This document shows, in pieces, positions 36,968 to 47,171 of a stretch of DNA of 47,171 nucleotides (position 1 is its first letter; the number at the start of each line of letters is the position of its first letter). This DNA is from a virus. Taxonomy: Duplodnaviria; Caudoviricetes. The translations under genes and the position numbers were made by a program. The notes under the pieces were generated by a model. The model worked only from the letters and a program-made list of their open reading frames with translations. It was not told the origin of the DNA and searched no databases. The DNA lies in the IMG/VR virus record IMGVR_UViG_3300002966_000020, positions 1 through 47,171 of that record; one strand, given 5' to 3'.

Positions 36968-39460
36968 TTATGAACATTTTGATGTACCACAATTACGACA
37001 CGTTAGGCAACCTTCTGTATATGTCAATGGTGTATGACAATTTGGACATTCAAGTGTAGACTGAGCACCAGAATCTACATACTTTTTTAATGCACGCAAA
37101 ATTGATTTTGAAAAATCAGTCACATCCCCTTTTGCTTTACTTAACTGATCAATAATAAATGTTATAGGTACACCATATCGTAATGACGTAGAAAGTAACC
37201 TTGTAATACTTTCATAAGCAGCACAATCAAAGATTTTAGAGATATCTTTTACAATAACTTGACCATCATACTCAAATGAGTATTTTCCTTTTCCTACTTT
37301 AACTATCATTCCCTCTTTGATAGTAGAGGGTATATCGACAAGGTCAACCTTTCCTGCAAACACTTCATAAGGTTTATTGTTATGTAAACCAACAAACACC
37401 ACCCACTGCTCACCTTTTATCATAACTTTATGCACATGGCAGGGAAGTGCTTTAGGCCTTTCTAGTGCTTGTACAGCTATATGTTTGCTCTTATCATCTG
37501 TAACTTGTATTACACCTGACATTGTACCAAATCGGAAAGTTGTTAGGCCTTTAATGTAACCTGTTTCATATGCTGCTATATACACATTCTTAAAATCTTC
37601 GTACGGATAATCTTCTGGAACATTAACTGTTTTACTAATAGAGCTATCGACATACTTTGCAAATATTTTCATAACATGGATATGGTCTTCAACTTTTAAG
37701 TTGTTTATAGACTTTGCATAATCAGCATCTTTGTCAAATGAATCACCTAATACTAACATACTATAATCATAGACAATTTCCTCACGTTGTAAACCGGAGT
37801 GTTGAGTGATTTTATATACATATCCGTCAGTATGGGTTTTATATAATACAAACTGATCTCCTTCAAGTCTCCACTTCCAACCATTACTTACTGTATACTT
37901 CTGATGTGCCCAATCAATTGATTCAGGCAATACTAAATCAAGGGGTGCAGTACCTACAATAACATTTCTAACATATGAAAAATCAATAACTGGTTCTAAT
38001 CCACCTGATACATTATTAGCAAGTATACCTGTATTTCCTGTAGGAGCAACAGTTGTTAGATGAGAGTTTCGTAGTCCATACTTTCGTATCATAGAACATG
38101 TTTCTTCTGTTAGTGCATTTTTTACAAACTTTGACTGCAAGAATTTCTTAGCTTCAAATAAAGGAAAAGGCCCTTTTTCTTTAGCAAGTAATGCTGATGA
38201 TTGATATGCTGTATTAGTAACAAACTTACACAGTTTTTCTGTTAACTCCAAACACTTTGTCGAACCATAAGGTATCTTTAAAATAACTAATGCTGACCCG
38301 TATCCTGTATAACCTAACCCTATACGACGTTTGTTTTTAGCTTGCTCATAGTGTATTTCTAATGGAAACTGCGATAAGGAATTAACAGAATCAAGAAAGC
38401 GAACCATGAAAGGAATATCTTCAGCAAGTTTATCATAATCAAAATCAGTTTTATTACTATTTACATACTGTGTGAGGTTGATGTGACCTAGACAACAAGC
38501 ACCTCCTACAGGTAGCCCTTGTTCACCGCAAGGATTAGTAGAAGAGATATATTCACCTGTATAATACAGATTATTCAACTCATTGTATCTATCAATAAAA
38601 ATAACTCCAGGCTCATTACGTTTATATGTAGATCGTATGATTAATTCCCACAGCTCATTAGCATCTTTAAATTCATGCCATACATTGATAGGGTAACCTT
38701 TGCTAATCCATTTTTCAATGTTTCCATCCCATTCAGTTGAATATTTCTCAAAAGATGTTTCAGGAAAGATTAATTGCCAGGGTTTGTTATGCTTAACACA
38801 TTCTATGAACTTATCAGTTACAAGCACGGATAGATTGAATTTAGTAAGTACCCCAGGAGTTTGCTTAGCTGTAACAAACTCAACAATATCTGGGTGCCAT
38901 ACACTCATACAGGCAAGTTGTGCACCTTTTCTTACTTTATTTTTTCCAAGTTGTTGTTGTTTCTTTTTAATAACACCTGATGTAATAACAGCAGAAGAAG
39001 TGTCCCATAAGTTAAGCATTGTTACAGCACCAGGGCTTTCTGTACCTATTCCTTTAACAAAAGCACCTTTAGGTCTTAATACATCAACATTAAAACCGTA
39101 TCCACCTTCAGATTTCAGTATCTGTGCCTGTCGCTTTAAGCCTTCATAAATACCTATAATACTATCTGGATCATGCCCATACAAACCATCAACAAAACAG
39201 TTTACTAATGTAACACCATTAAGACCTGTACCAGCATTTGATAAGATCCTACCCCCAGGTAAAAATTTAAAAGAAAAGAGTAGTTCAAAATATTTTGATC
39301 TATACGTATCTACATCTTCTGGTTTTTCATCCTGTAACATGAACTCTACAACTCTCTTACATGTATCTTCATAACATGAATCATCTTGCCACTTATATGT
39401 ATCATACCATACATTATAAGAGATTCTTTGCATAAATTTATCAATATTAGTACTTTTCAT
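36968..39460 (-). CDS. nrdJ: class II (adenosylcobalamin-dependent) ribonucleotide reductase
   Basis: FLPGGRIL, NCFV, STNPCGEQ, CCLGHINL, RRIGLG, VAPTG, ISKTVN, C-terminal CPNC...EGC..C..CG.SKC; no beta-subunit gene nearby. Confidence 0.92.
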   Translation of the reverse strand: MKSTNIDKFMQRISYNVWYDTYKWQDDSCYEDTCKRVVEFMLQDEKPEDVDTYRSKYFELLFSFKFLPGGRILSNAGTGLNGVTLVNCFVDGLYGHDPDSIIGIYEGLKRQAQILKSEGGYGFNVDVLRPKGAFVKGIGTESPGAVTMLNLWDTSSAVITSGVIKKKQQQLGKNKVRKGAQLACMSVWHPDIVEFVTAKQTPGVLTKFNLSVLVTDKFIECVKHNKPWQLIFPETSFEKYSTEWDGNIEKWISKGYPINVWHEFKDANELWELIIRSTYKRNEPGVIFIDRYNELNNLYYTGEYISSTNPCGEQGLPVGGACCLGHINLTQYVNSNKTDFDYDKLAEDIPFMVRFLDSVNSLSQFPLEIHYEQAKNKRRIGLGYTGYGSALVILKIPYGSTKCLELTEKLCKFVTNTAYQSSALLAKEKGPFPLFEAKKFLQSKFVKNALTEETCSMIRKYGLRNSHLTTVAPTGNTGILANNVSGGLEPVIDFSYVRNVIVGTAPLDLVLPESIDWAHQKYTVSNGWKWRLEGDQFVLYKTHTDGYVYKITQHSGLQREEIVYDYSMLVLGDSFDKDADYAKSINNLKVEDHIHVMKIFAKYVDSSISKTVNVPEDYPYEDFKNVYIAAYETGYIKGLTTFRFGTMSGVIQVTDDKSKHIAVQALERPKALPCHVHKVMIKGEQWVVFVGLHNNKPYEVFAGKVDLVDIPSTIKEGMIVKVGKGKYSFEYDGQVIVKDISKIFDCAAYESITRLLSTSLRYGVPITFIIDQLSKAKGDVTDFSKSILRALKKYVDSGAQSTLECPNCHTPLTYTEGCLTCRNCGTSKCS

Positions 39461-39719
39461 ATTGTCCTCCGATTACTTTCTTACATACTGTACATACAAA
39501 ATCACCGTGCATATTAGTTGTTACAGCATGATGCTTGTTAACAGGACATATTACAAGTCCTTTGCAAGCTCTACATGTATTATCTGAACGTGGTTTTAAA
39601 CAAGTCTCACAATCTTTAGTATTATTAAGCAATAAAGATTTAGTAACGTATGATGTTATTTTAATCAACTGTGTTTGCATAATAGCACCTAACCTAGTAC
39701 TAGATTCCAGTATGACCAA
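39447..39719 (-). CDS. small Cys-rich zinc-finger protein
   Basis: CETC, CRAC, CPVNKHH, CTVC; the true start may be MQTQL. Confidence 0.55.
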   Translation of the reverse strand: MVILESSTRLGAIMQTQLIKITSYVTKSLLLNNTKDCETCLKPRSDNTCRACKGLVICPVNKHHAVTTNMHGDFVCTVCKKVIGGQYEKY

Positions 39720-40149
39720 AACCCCCTACACCTCGTTCAGTATCACTGAGGTTGTTTACAACATCAAATTCAGGTTGTATGTATGGAAGAAATATAGCTT
39801 GTGCGACTCTACTACCTTTTTCAAGCTTTAGTGATATGTCATCAATCCCAATAGGTATAAACCTTGCTAAAATAAATACTTCACCTCGGTAGTCTGAATC
39901 TATTGTACCAGGAGAGTTAACTAATACAAAACCTTTTAGAGAAAGACCTGAGCGGGGTCGCACATCCATGTAATAGCCTTCAGGTATTTCAAAACTCAAG
40001 CCTGTTGGAAGCTTATAAATTGTAAATGGTTCTAGTACAGCATCTTCAGCTAAACAAAGATCCCACCCTGCAGAACCTTGTGTACCATGTACAGGTAAGA
40101 TTGCATCTTCTCTAAGTTTTTTTACTTTTATACATAGTTTATCGTTCAT
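39700..40149 (-). CDS. dut: trimeric dUTPase
   Basis: AGWDL, RPRSGL, GTIDSDYRGE, RVAQ, RGVGGFGHTG. Confidence 0.96.
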   Translation of the reverse strand: MNDKLCIKVKKLREDAILPVHGTQGSAGWDLCLAEDAVLEPFTIYKLPTGLSFEIPEGYYMDVRPRSGLSLKGFVLVNSPGTIDSDYRGEVFILARFIPIGIDDISLKLEKGSRVAQAIFLPYIQPEFDVVNNLSDTERGVGGFGHTGI

Positions 40150-40164
40150 ATAATAAATAACCTC

Positions 40165-41085
40165 CTATGACTTATTTTCTTGATCTGTATCACTCAGGAG
40201 TGTGGAAGATTTAAGTATAGCATCTTCCATTGCATTAAAATAATCAGCTAATTTCCTTCGTATTTTTTGAATAACAAGTTTCTCAACCTCTCCTTCACTT
40301 TCTATATCACGAAGGGCAAGTTGAATTGAGTCAATCATTTTTGAAAGTATTTGTAACTCATATGCTTGTACAGCAGATTTTTCTACATTTTTAGATAAAC
40401 CAAAAAGTTTTTTATCCGCAAGATGAATTGTTTTAACAATTGAATTCTCTATTTCAGTAGCAAGCTTATTAAGTGCTACCCACTCTTCAATTTCAAATGA
40501 TGATAATCCATCAAAATCAATATCCCTACGTGCATTATATTCATTAAGTGTAGAATAGATTTCATTCAACCTTTGTGCTTTTCCTTTTAACACAGCTGCT
40601 AGACTTCCATGTATGTCAATCTCTCCTGACATAAGCTTAGCAACAATTTCTTTAGCTTCTTGACTTGTATCTTCTTTTAAAGCTAAGATTTTTTGATTTT
40701 GAGGTGAAATAAGATAATGTTTTTCAAAATGCTTCTCTAATAAACCAGGTGGAATGCCTGTTGCAGAGGATATTTCAGAAATAGACATATGATCTCTAGC
40801 ACGCATTAAGTTGATTTGGGCGTGGTCAGTTCTTGAACATACAGGACATAGTAGTGACTTACGTATATACTTTCCATGTTGCGATAATGTTTTTATTATT
40901 TCAGGAGTATGCACTTTATTAATAGTATCCGCATTCTGTGTTGATGCTACAACTTGTAAAGATTCAAACGGTTCTGAAGAATCTTCTATAATCTCTTCCT
41001 GTGTAACAACAATCTCTTTTTGTTCACTTTGGTTGTTTTCAATAGTATCTAATTCAACATTCTCAAGTTGTTTATTGTTATCCAT
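40165..41085 (-). CDS. zinc-HTH helical protein (possible terminase small subunit)
   Basis: CPVC...SISEISSATGIPPGLLEKHFEKH (CxxC-HTH-HxxxH) followed by coiled helices. Confidence 0.45.
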   Translation of the reverse strand: MDNNKQLENVELDTIENNQSEQKEIVVTQEEIIEDSSEPFESLQVVASTQNADTINKVHTPEIIKTLSQHGKYIRKSLLCPVCSRTDHAQINLMRARDHMSISEISSATGIPPGLLEKHFEKHYLISPQNQKILALKEDTSQEAKEIVAKLMSGEIDIHGSLAAVLKGKAQRLNEIYSTLNEYNARRDIDFDGLSSFEIEEWVALNKLATEIENSIVKTIHLADKKLFGLSKNVEKSAVQAYELQILSKMIDSIQLALRDIESEGEVEKLVIQKIRRKLADYFNAMEDAILKSSTLLSDTDQENKS

Positions 41086-41095
41086 GGTTAGCTAC

Positions 41096-41506
41096 TTATT
41101 TTGAGATTTTGATTGTTACAATGTTTACAGGTTTCCCTTTGAAGCCTTTATGGACTTCACAACGCTGAATATCTTCACACAAAACAATATGATTGTTTTC
41201 TGGAATTGCATATAATGTAACTGTAGAGAAAGATTCTGGTTTAATTTCGGATACATGTTTAAATAATAACAAGATCTCTTCAATTGATAAGTTATCAATA
41301 GTATCTACTATTGACAGAAAATCTTTTAATGATAGAAAAAACTCGTTTTGGTATTGCAATACAAAATTTGCTTGCTCCTCTTGTAATTCCTCAGACAGCT
41401 TTTCAATTTCATTTGTAAGGCTAGTTATTTTCTTAATAGCACTTATAAATTTTGGAACTGCTTTAACTTTCTTTTTAAAAAGTTTTTCAAGTAAAACTCT
41501 CATCAC
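41096..41506 (-). CDS. hypothetical protein
   Basis: 136-aa ORF coupled to the upstream gene. Confidence 0.6.
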   Translation of the reverse strand: MMRVLLEKLFKKKVKAVPKFISAIKKITSLTNEIEKLSEELQEEQANFVLQYQNEFFLSLKDFLSIVDTIDNLSIEEILLLFKHVSEIKPESFSTVTLYAIPENNHIVLCEDIQRCEVHKGFKGKPVNIVTIKISK

Positions 41507-42966
41507 TGTACCTTAATTACCCTAGTTGAACTAGTTATAGCAAGATTATATGGAGTAATTACAACAGGAGGAGTAACATTAAACCAATCATGTAACACTA
41601 AGTATAATGAAGATAACATACTATCAGTTACATTATAGGATGATGAAAGAGAAGAAGCATATTTCTGCACGTAATAAGCAACAAAATACCTAATGTAGTT
41701 TTCAACAACTGTAACATATTGTGTTTTAGTACTAGTTGAGAGAAATCTGTAAATATCTTCTGTATTAGCAGACGCAACTGATGAATATACTTCAGACATA
41801 TGGTGTGATTGTAATGTAGATAATGATTGTGTTTCAATCTCAACTCGTTTTTGTAATCCTGAAACTTTGTTTTGTAAACTATTAACTTCTTCTACTACAG
41901 CAGATAATTCTTTTTGTATAACAGGTAGCTGTTTAACATCTATTTTATCTAGTTCTTCCAACCGGCTATTAACTTCTTGCAATTGTGCAATAACTGCATC
42001 TTTTTGTATTCTAGAATTTTCAAGCAACTCATTTAATGTATTTATCTGTTTTTCAATAAGTATTTTCTTAGTACGCAACTGCTGCAATGTATCTGCTTCA
42101 TTCTTTAATGCTTCCTTAACTTGAGTATTTTGATAGGAGATAAATACTTTGTTCACCTCATCAAGTGTTTTTTCAAGAAGTGCTATCTGCTCAGCTAATC
42201 TCTTTTCACCATCTTCCAGTCCATGGTATTGTATAAGAAATGTATCTTTCTCCGTAAGCAATGTTTTTCTTGTGTCTCCAAAAGAATCAATCTCATATAG
42301 TTTTTGCTGGAGTTCTTTTCTTTTTGAATCTAGTAAAGCAAGTTGCTGTAGTAAGGATGATAGCTCCTCGTTCAAGCCTTGTATTAATGATTGCTTTTGA
42401 GAAATACGTTTCTGTATAGTTTCCACAGAACCTTTATGTATAGCTACATCATCCGTAGTTTCCTTATCTTTAGCTTTAAATACAATAACTAAAGGTTCTG
42501 GTATAGCAGGTAAAGGATTTACAAATAATGTAGTAAATATAGGGAAGTATTTATAAAACTCAGAGCAAATATTTGTGAATGGGTACTTAGGAAACATCAA
42601 TATATACATTCCACTCTTTTTTATAGTTAATAAATCATCCGTTACTGTGATCATACCATTAATAGCTGAAATCGAATCTGTGCTAGGAATAAAATCTACA
42701 CGCACTAAATCATTTTTATCATATGTAATAGCATCTGTAAAAAGATTAAAAATTACATCAAACTCATTTATATCAATTGAGTTTATATTTTGGAAATCAA
42801 GCAGTTTAACATAACTATGGTTACCTAAATCAATTTTAGCACTAGAAATCTGCAAATTGTTTATAATTTCTAGAACACTACCTAGCTTAAGAAAAACTGA
42901 CTTGTAAATATCATCTTCTAAGCCTGTATCAGAAAGAAACCTATCATATAATTTTTGTAACAACAT
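41503..42966 (-). CDS. long coiled-coil protein
   Basis: Heptad-rich Q/E/K/L central region of about 210 aa; GGAGG RBS. Confidence 0.75.
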   Translation of the reverse strand: MLLQKLYDRFLSDTGLEDDIYKSVFLKLGSVLEIINNLQISSAKIDLGNHSYVKLLDFQNINSIDINEFDVIFNLFTDAITYDKNDLVRVDFIPSTDSISAINGMITVTDDLLTIKKSGMYILMFPKYPFTNICSEFYKYFPIFTTLFVNPLPAIPEPLVIVFKAKDKETTDDVAIHKGSVETIQKRISQKQSLIQGLNEELSSLLQQLALLDSKRKELQQKLYEIDSFGDTRKTLLTEKDTFLIQYHGLEDGEKRLAEQIALLEKTLDEVNKVFISYQNTQVKEALKNEADTLQQLRTKKILIEKQINTLNELLENSRIQKDAVIAQLQEVNSRLEELDKIDVKQLPVIQKELSAVVEEVNSLQNKVSGLQKRVEIETQSLSTLQSHHMSEVYSSVASANTEDIYRFLSTSTKTQYVTVVENYIRYFVAYYVQKYASSLSSSYNVTDSMLSSLYLVLHDWFNVTPPVVITPYNLAITSSTRVIKVQ

Positions 42967-42974
42967 GCAACCTC

Positions 42975-45083
42975 CTAGTTAATATAACTAATATTGTCTG
43001 AATTCATTCTTACTGTAATAACATGAGGATATACTTCAATATTACCTACATGAGATATAACAAGTATCTGTGTAAACATCTGTGTAAGACTTGAAAGAAC
43101 CCTCTCCACTAATGTTCTATTTTTAGTATCTAGTGCACCAAAAGGTTCATCTAGTACAATCAAACCCATGTGGCAAGCTGTGCGAGTTGTAATAACATGT
43201 GAAAACCCTAAGCGTAACCCAATATCTACAACAGTTTTCTGACCTCCAGATAAACGCTTGTAACTTCTCTTTACACCATCAGTAGTAAAATCAATTTGTA
43301 ACTTACCACCTTCATCCTCGTACATATTAACTGATATTTCAGGTAGTATTTTCTGTATTAAAGAATTACTAGTTGCAGTAATTAAAGAAACTGAACTAGA
43401 AAATAAGTCAGAAGGTATTTTCTGAAATACTTTTGTCAATATATCATGCAGTTTAATATGATGAACTATATCATTCACTTGCTCATATTCATTATCTAAT
43501 GAGTTTTGTATTTGATTGAGCATATTTGTAATACTTTGTTTTCTACCTATTTTTTGGTTTAATATATCAATTTCTTTTTCAAGTTTTTGATATTCTGTAT
43601 ATATACTATTCCTTTCTTTCATAAGATTTTCTTTTGAAGCTATTTCTTGTTTTACTTTTTCAGCAGATTCATTTAATTCATTTAGTGCTTGCTGTTCTTG
43701 CTGTAAAAGAACTTGATTATTTTGTAATTGATTAGTAAGTAGTGAGACTGATGATTGTATCCTAGCAACTGATTCTTGAAGTGAACTGTATTGTAATGTA
43801 TACTCTTGTATTTTATTGTTTAAAGAGAAAATAGATGCATCAATAGTTTCAAGTTCTTTAACATAACTTGATTTTTCTTCTGTACTCTTATTTACTTCAG
43901 CTTCACTAGATTCAATTGCTACTGCTAATTCTTTTATCTTATCTTGTATTGGTTTGTTATACTGAGTAATATAATCTTGTGTAATAGTTTGAAAACAAGT
44001 AGGGCATTTACCTTCTTTTAGTTTTCCAAGTTGATTTTCATATGATTTCTGTTGAGCTTTATATTTACTAACCAATGTAAGTGAGTTAGAAAATGCTTCT
44101 TCACACTTTTTTATTTTGTGTTGAATATCTGATTTTTTTAACATTAAAACTTCAATTTCTTCTTTAAGCTTGTTAGTATCTATGTTAGTTGATTCAAATT
44201 CATTCAGCTTTTGTACTATAGCAAGTTTTTCTTTTTCTAGTTTATCTAATTGTGATTGTATTGATTTTAGTGTTGTATCATATGTACTAATTCGTTTGAG
44301 TGATGATTGTATTCTTTTTTCGTAATCTTGTAACTGTGTAATTAATGTAGAGATGCTTTCAATTGATTTAACTTTGTCTTGTATTTCTGTATATTTGATT
44401 TTAACATTTTCAAGTTCTTGCTCTACATTGCTGTATAATCTTAATTCATTCTCTAATTCAGATTTTTGTATAGTTAACTTACCAATGACTTCTTCTTTTG
44501 TTTTCTTATCAGTTTCAAGCTTTTTTGTTTTACTTTGTAAAAGCTTAAAACCTTTTCGCCATATATCTAAATCCAGTACTTTATCAACATAAGAACGTCT
44601 TACACTGGGTTCTGCATCAATAAATTTATCTAACTTTCCTTGCTCAAAGAAAACAGAAGAGGTGAACATATTATAATCCATTTGTAACACATTAAGTAAA
44701 TACTCTTGTGATGCAGCAACTCCTTTTGCATCTATTTGTTGATTATCTTCATAAATAGTTATGAAAGACTGTCCTTTTTGACGGCCTCTTCTAACACAAA
44801 TTTCTTTTCCAGCTGAATCTATAAATGTAAGTATAACTTCCATTTTTTTATCTTTATTTTTATCATTCACCAACTCATCAACAAGTGTGAATTCACCTTC
44901 GCCATAAAGTGCATAAAGGATAGAATTAACAAATGTTGATTTACCTACACCATTGCTTCTTAAAGGATCAACATCATGTTCCCCAACAACAGCCGTGAGG
45001 CCCAAAGGAATTAAAACTTCGTTAGTTTCTAAATATGACCCAAAATTTTGTAATTGGATTGATTTAATATAATGGATACCCAT
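42975..45083 (-). CDS. sbcC: SbcC/Rad50 (gp46-like) ATPase
   Basis: SNGVGKST, Q-loop FEQG, zinc hook CPTC, LSGGQ, LDEPFGALD, ISH. Confidence 0.94.
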   Translation of the reverse strand: MGIHYIKSIQLQNFGSYLETNEVLIPLGLTAVVGEHDVDPLRSNGVGKSTFVNSILYALYGEGEFTLVDELVNDKNKDKKMEVILTFIDSAGKEICVRRGRQKGQSFITIYEDNQQIDAKGVAASQEYLLNVLQMDYNMFTSSVFFEQGKLDKFIDAEPSVRRSYVDKVLDLDIWRKGFKLLQSKTKKLETDKKTKEEVIGKLTIQKSELENELRLYSNVEQELENVKIKYTEIQDKVKSIESISTLITQLQDYEKRIQSSLKRISTYDTTLKSIQSQLDKLEKEKLAIVQKLNEFESTNIDTNKLKEEIEVLMLKKSDIQHKIKKCEEAFSNSLTLVSKYKAQQKSYENQLGKLKEGKCPTCFQTITQDYITQYNKPIQDKIKELAVAIESSEAEVNKSTEEKSSYVKELETIDASIFSLNNKIQEYTLQYSSLQESVARIQSSVSLLTNQLQNNQVLLQQEQQALNELNESAEKVKQEIASKENLMKERNSIYTEYQKLEKEIDILNQKIGRKQSITNMLNQIQNSLDNEYEQVNDIVHHIKLHDILTKVFQKIPSDLFSSSVSLITATSNSLIQKILPEISVNMYEDEGGKLQIDFTTDGVKRSYKRLSGGQKTVVDIGLRLGFSHVITTRTACHMGLIVLDEPFGALDTKNRTLVERVLSSLTQMFTQILVISHVGNIEVYPHVITVRMNSDNISYIN

Positions 45084-46243
45084 TATCTCACCTCTTGAAG
45101 AATATTTAAACCTAATGATAGTAATGTATTTTTAGATGACTGTTCTAACCCATATGTAACCATATCAATCTGGTCAATATAGTTATGCAAAATATCAGCA
45201 GGGTTCACAAATGTTTGTATACCTGTGTTAGTATTTATATCATGAAGTAGTGTGATTTCTTCACTTGAAGCAATTCTTACATCACCTAATGTTGCATTTT
45301 TTGATCGTAAAATTTCCTTAACTGTATTACGATCTACAACATGGTAATCCTTTACAAGTATAAAATATACATCATTAGGATATAACCTAAGTTGTTGTAT
45401 ATATGCATATATATCTGAGATATTATCTGGAATTATAATTGTTTTAAAGTTTCTTACTGTAGTAAATTTCTTTTGAGTACACATCCCAGATTTGTCAACA
45501 AGAACATATCCTCTTGGATTGTTCACATCACTAAAATCTATAGGAATAGCTGACCCAGGATATACAGTTGTGATTGAAGAGTTTGAGTAAATTTGAGGTG
45601 TGTGTATATGACCAAGCAATAACAATGTTGTTGCATTCTTTTCATATCTATTGATATCAATAACAGGTACTGAATGCGAAATTAATTGTCCTTCCGTTCC
45701 TTTTCTACATGATGCTTCTTGAAGATGAGACACAATTATTTGTTTTTCACTTAATGGATTAGATAACAAAGATTCAACTGAATTTCTAACTAAAGAGTCT
45801 TTATCTAATAAATCATTAGATAATACATAGGGAACAAAAACAATGCTCCAATCATAATACTGTAATGTATTAGTACTATTATCTAATGAGTCAATTATAC
45901 GGATATTCTTAAGGTCTAGTGCAACTGAATGCAAGTAGATAAAACTATGACTGTAATATGAAACATCATGATTGCCTGTAATCATAATGAAAGGTTTATC
46001 AAGTGAGGAAAACTTATGCAAGATATTAATTAATCTATGAATATTTTTTGTTGTAGGAGTAGCAGAGTGAAACACATCTCCAGTATGTATAATCAAATCA
46101 ATATCTGGTTGCTGAGCAATCTCATACACTTCCTCAAATACTCTAAACGCAGATTCTTCTGAAGCAACTAAACCTGTTTTAGAGTTAAAACTATCTCCAT
46201 AAAACTTGTAACCAATATGTGTATCACCAAACACAAGTATCAT
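45083..46243 (-). CDS. sbcD: SbcD/Mre11 (gp47-like) nuclease
   Basis: GDTHIG, TGDVFH, GNHD, GHIH, YPGS. Confidence 0.93.
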   Translation of the reverse strand: MILVFGDTHIGYKFYGDSFNSKTGLVASEESAFRVFEEVYEIAQQPDIDLIIHTGDVFHSATPTTKNIHRLINILHKFSSLDKPFIMITGNHDVSYYSHSFIYLHSVALDLKNIRIIDSLDNSTNTLQYYDWSIVFVPYVLSNDLLDKDSLVRNSVESLLSNPLSEKQIIVSHLQEASCRKGTEGQLISHSVPVIDINRYEKNATTLLLLGHIHTPQIYSNSSITTVYPGSAIPIDFSDVNNPRGYVLVDKSGMCTQKKFTTVRNFKTIIIPDNISDIYAYIQQLRLYPNDVYFILVKDYHVVDRNTVKEILRSKNATLGDVRIASSEEITLLHDINTNTGIQTFVNPADILHNYIDQIDMVTYGLEQSSKNTLLSLGLNILQEVR

Positions 46244-46256
46244 AATTAATGCTCCT

Positions 46257-46817
46257 TTATTTATTTAATTGTGTTTTTGAAGATATAGAAACAGATTGCC
46301 AATCGAATGTAGCTTTGCAGTATGGACAAGTATTCTGCCAAGGATTTACCTCATTACCACATTCACATATATAACTGTAGTTGTAAAAATCTTCTTCATA
46401 ATCTTGACGAACTAATAATCCTTTCTTAGGTATCACTATATGAGTTGATGTTTTCTGTAATAGTGGTTCTTGTTTAACTTTAACTTGTTGTTTTAGTGAT
46501 TGTTGTTCCTTAGCTACATTCTCTACAATCTTTGCAAAATAAAGTACACTAAGTGTAGGTAGCACACCTGATTTATTAGCTTCAGCATGTCTAATAATAC
46601 CTTCAATAAAAGCTTCTCTTCCATATTTCTCAAGTAAGTATGTAATATTCTTTATACGCTTTTGTGTAATTGTAGCACTTTTTTTCCGAGCAAAAAAGTC
46701 ATTTCCAGATGGGAAATATAAATTTCTATAGAATTTATAAACTTTATCACCCCACTCATCTCCAAATGTTTTTGTGCAAAAGGATTTGAATTCTGTTTCT
46801 ACAAGTTTCATATACAT
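46257..46817 (-). CDS. DnaD/DnaB_2-like replication protein with a C-terminal zinc ribbon
   Basis: LLEKYGREAFIEGIIRH...SVLYFAKIVENV resembles the DnaD C-domain (YxxxILxNW); CECG...CPYC. Confidence 0.45.
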   Translation of the reverse strand: MYMKLVETEFKSFCTKTFGDEWGDKVYKFYRNLYFPSGNDFFARKKSATITQKRIKNITYLLEKYGREAFIEGIIRHAEANKSGVLPTLSVLYFAKIVENVAKEQQSLKQQVKVKQEPLLQKTSTHIVIPKKGLLVRQDYEEDFYNYSYICECGNEVNPWQNTCPYCKATFDWQSVSISSKTQLNK

Positions 46818-47022
46818 ACCTTAGCTATAAGGTTATATTACTTTAACATATTATATAATATCAAAAATCAAGAAAAGTTAACAAATAATGAAAAATAACT
46901 AGTAAGATACATATTGTAGATATCCCTAAGAAACAATAAAAAACCTAAGATTCTGGAGTGAATTATACGGAAATATCAGTAGTTATCACTATTTATTATA
47001 AAATATAAACCTTTTTTATTAT

Positions 47023-47091
47023 TGTGCGGTACTCTAGTTTCAAAGTATAAAAAATAACTAAGGAAAAACCCCTTATGTGCGGTACTCTAGT
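47023..47091 (+). repeat. two identical 16-bp direct repeats TGTGCGGTACTCTAGT, 53 bp apart
   Basis: Copies at 47023-47038 and 47076-47091, followed by an almost pure A/T tract to the window end. Confidence 0.9.
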
Positions 47092-47171
47092 ACGTGATAT
47101 TATATATTATTAATAATATATAATTATTATATTATTTATTATTTATTACATAAATAATAAATAATATAATA

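Noticed and set aside
10618-44592. Short ORFs antisense to, or nested within, long genes (e.g. 10618-10914, 12567-12785, 38700-39149, 41867-42814, 19905-20186)
   Set aside because: They overlap well-supported genes and show no recognisable motifs; they look like shadow frames.
47023-47091. Mini-CRISPR array (16-bp repeat, 37-bp spacer)
   Set aside because: Only two copies, the repeat is shorter than CRISPR repeats, and no cas operon is visible; the Cas4-like gene is a common stand-alone phage nuclease.
1-47171. Complete DGR cassette (RT, Avd, template repeat)
   Set aside because: No ORF has RT motifs (YxDD in an RT context) and I found no fifth copy of the 168-bp unit; only the target-like signature is reported.
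1-47171. Stop-codon reassignment
   Set aside because: Conserved genes are full length and tightly packed under the standard code, ending in TAA, TAG and TGA.
1-47171. tRNA, rRNA or a preQ1 riboswitch
   Set aside because: Intergenic gaps are short and AT-rich, with no cloverleaf or preQ1 aptamer pattern that I could see; a covariance-model search was not possible.
1-47171. Cellular chromosome origin of the window (recA, dnaB, dnaN, que genes)
   Set aside because: The terminase, divergent homologs, UDG-PolA fusion, many orphan ORFs and absence of ribosomal or central-metabolism genes point to a virus.

Overview
AT-rich, gene-dense segment of a large (probably jumbo-type) tailed bacteriophage genome; almost all genes lie on the minus strand with Shine-Dalgarno leaders and the standard genetic code. 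It holds a replication/recombination module (UDG-fused, intein-containing family A polymerase, beta-clamp, DnaB, DnaG, degenerate DnaC-like loader, RecA, UvsY-like, resolvase, SbcCD), nucleotide metabolism (class II RNR, dUTPase, PRTase), two sigma-like factors, a tubulin/FtsZ homolog, terminase large subunit, three cell-wall enzymes and a chimeric IS remnant. Two loci stand out. (1) An Ig/FN3 + FG-GAP protein whose four 168-bp repeats differ mainly at positions 1-2 of NNY codons, in columns that each contain an A, which resembles diversity-generating-retroelement mutagenesis; no RT or template repeat is visible here. (2) A 7-deazaguanine DNA-modification cluster (queD-queC-DUF366-folE-queF-dpdA) with no queE, a ligase-fold DUF366 gene and a QueF fused to a degenerate HNH-like zinc domain. 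All calls come from motif recognition by eye; no searches were run.
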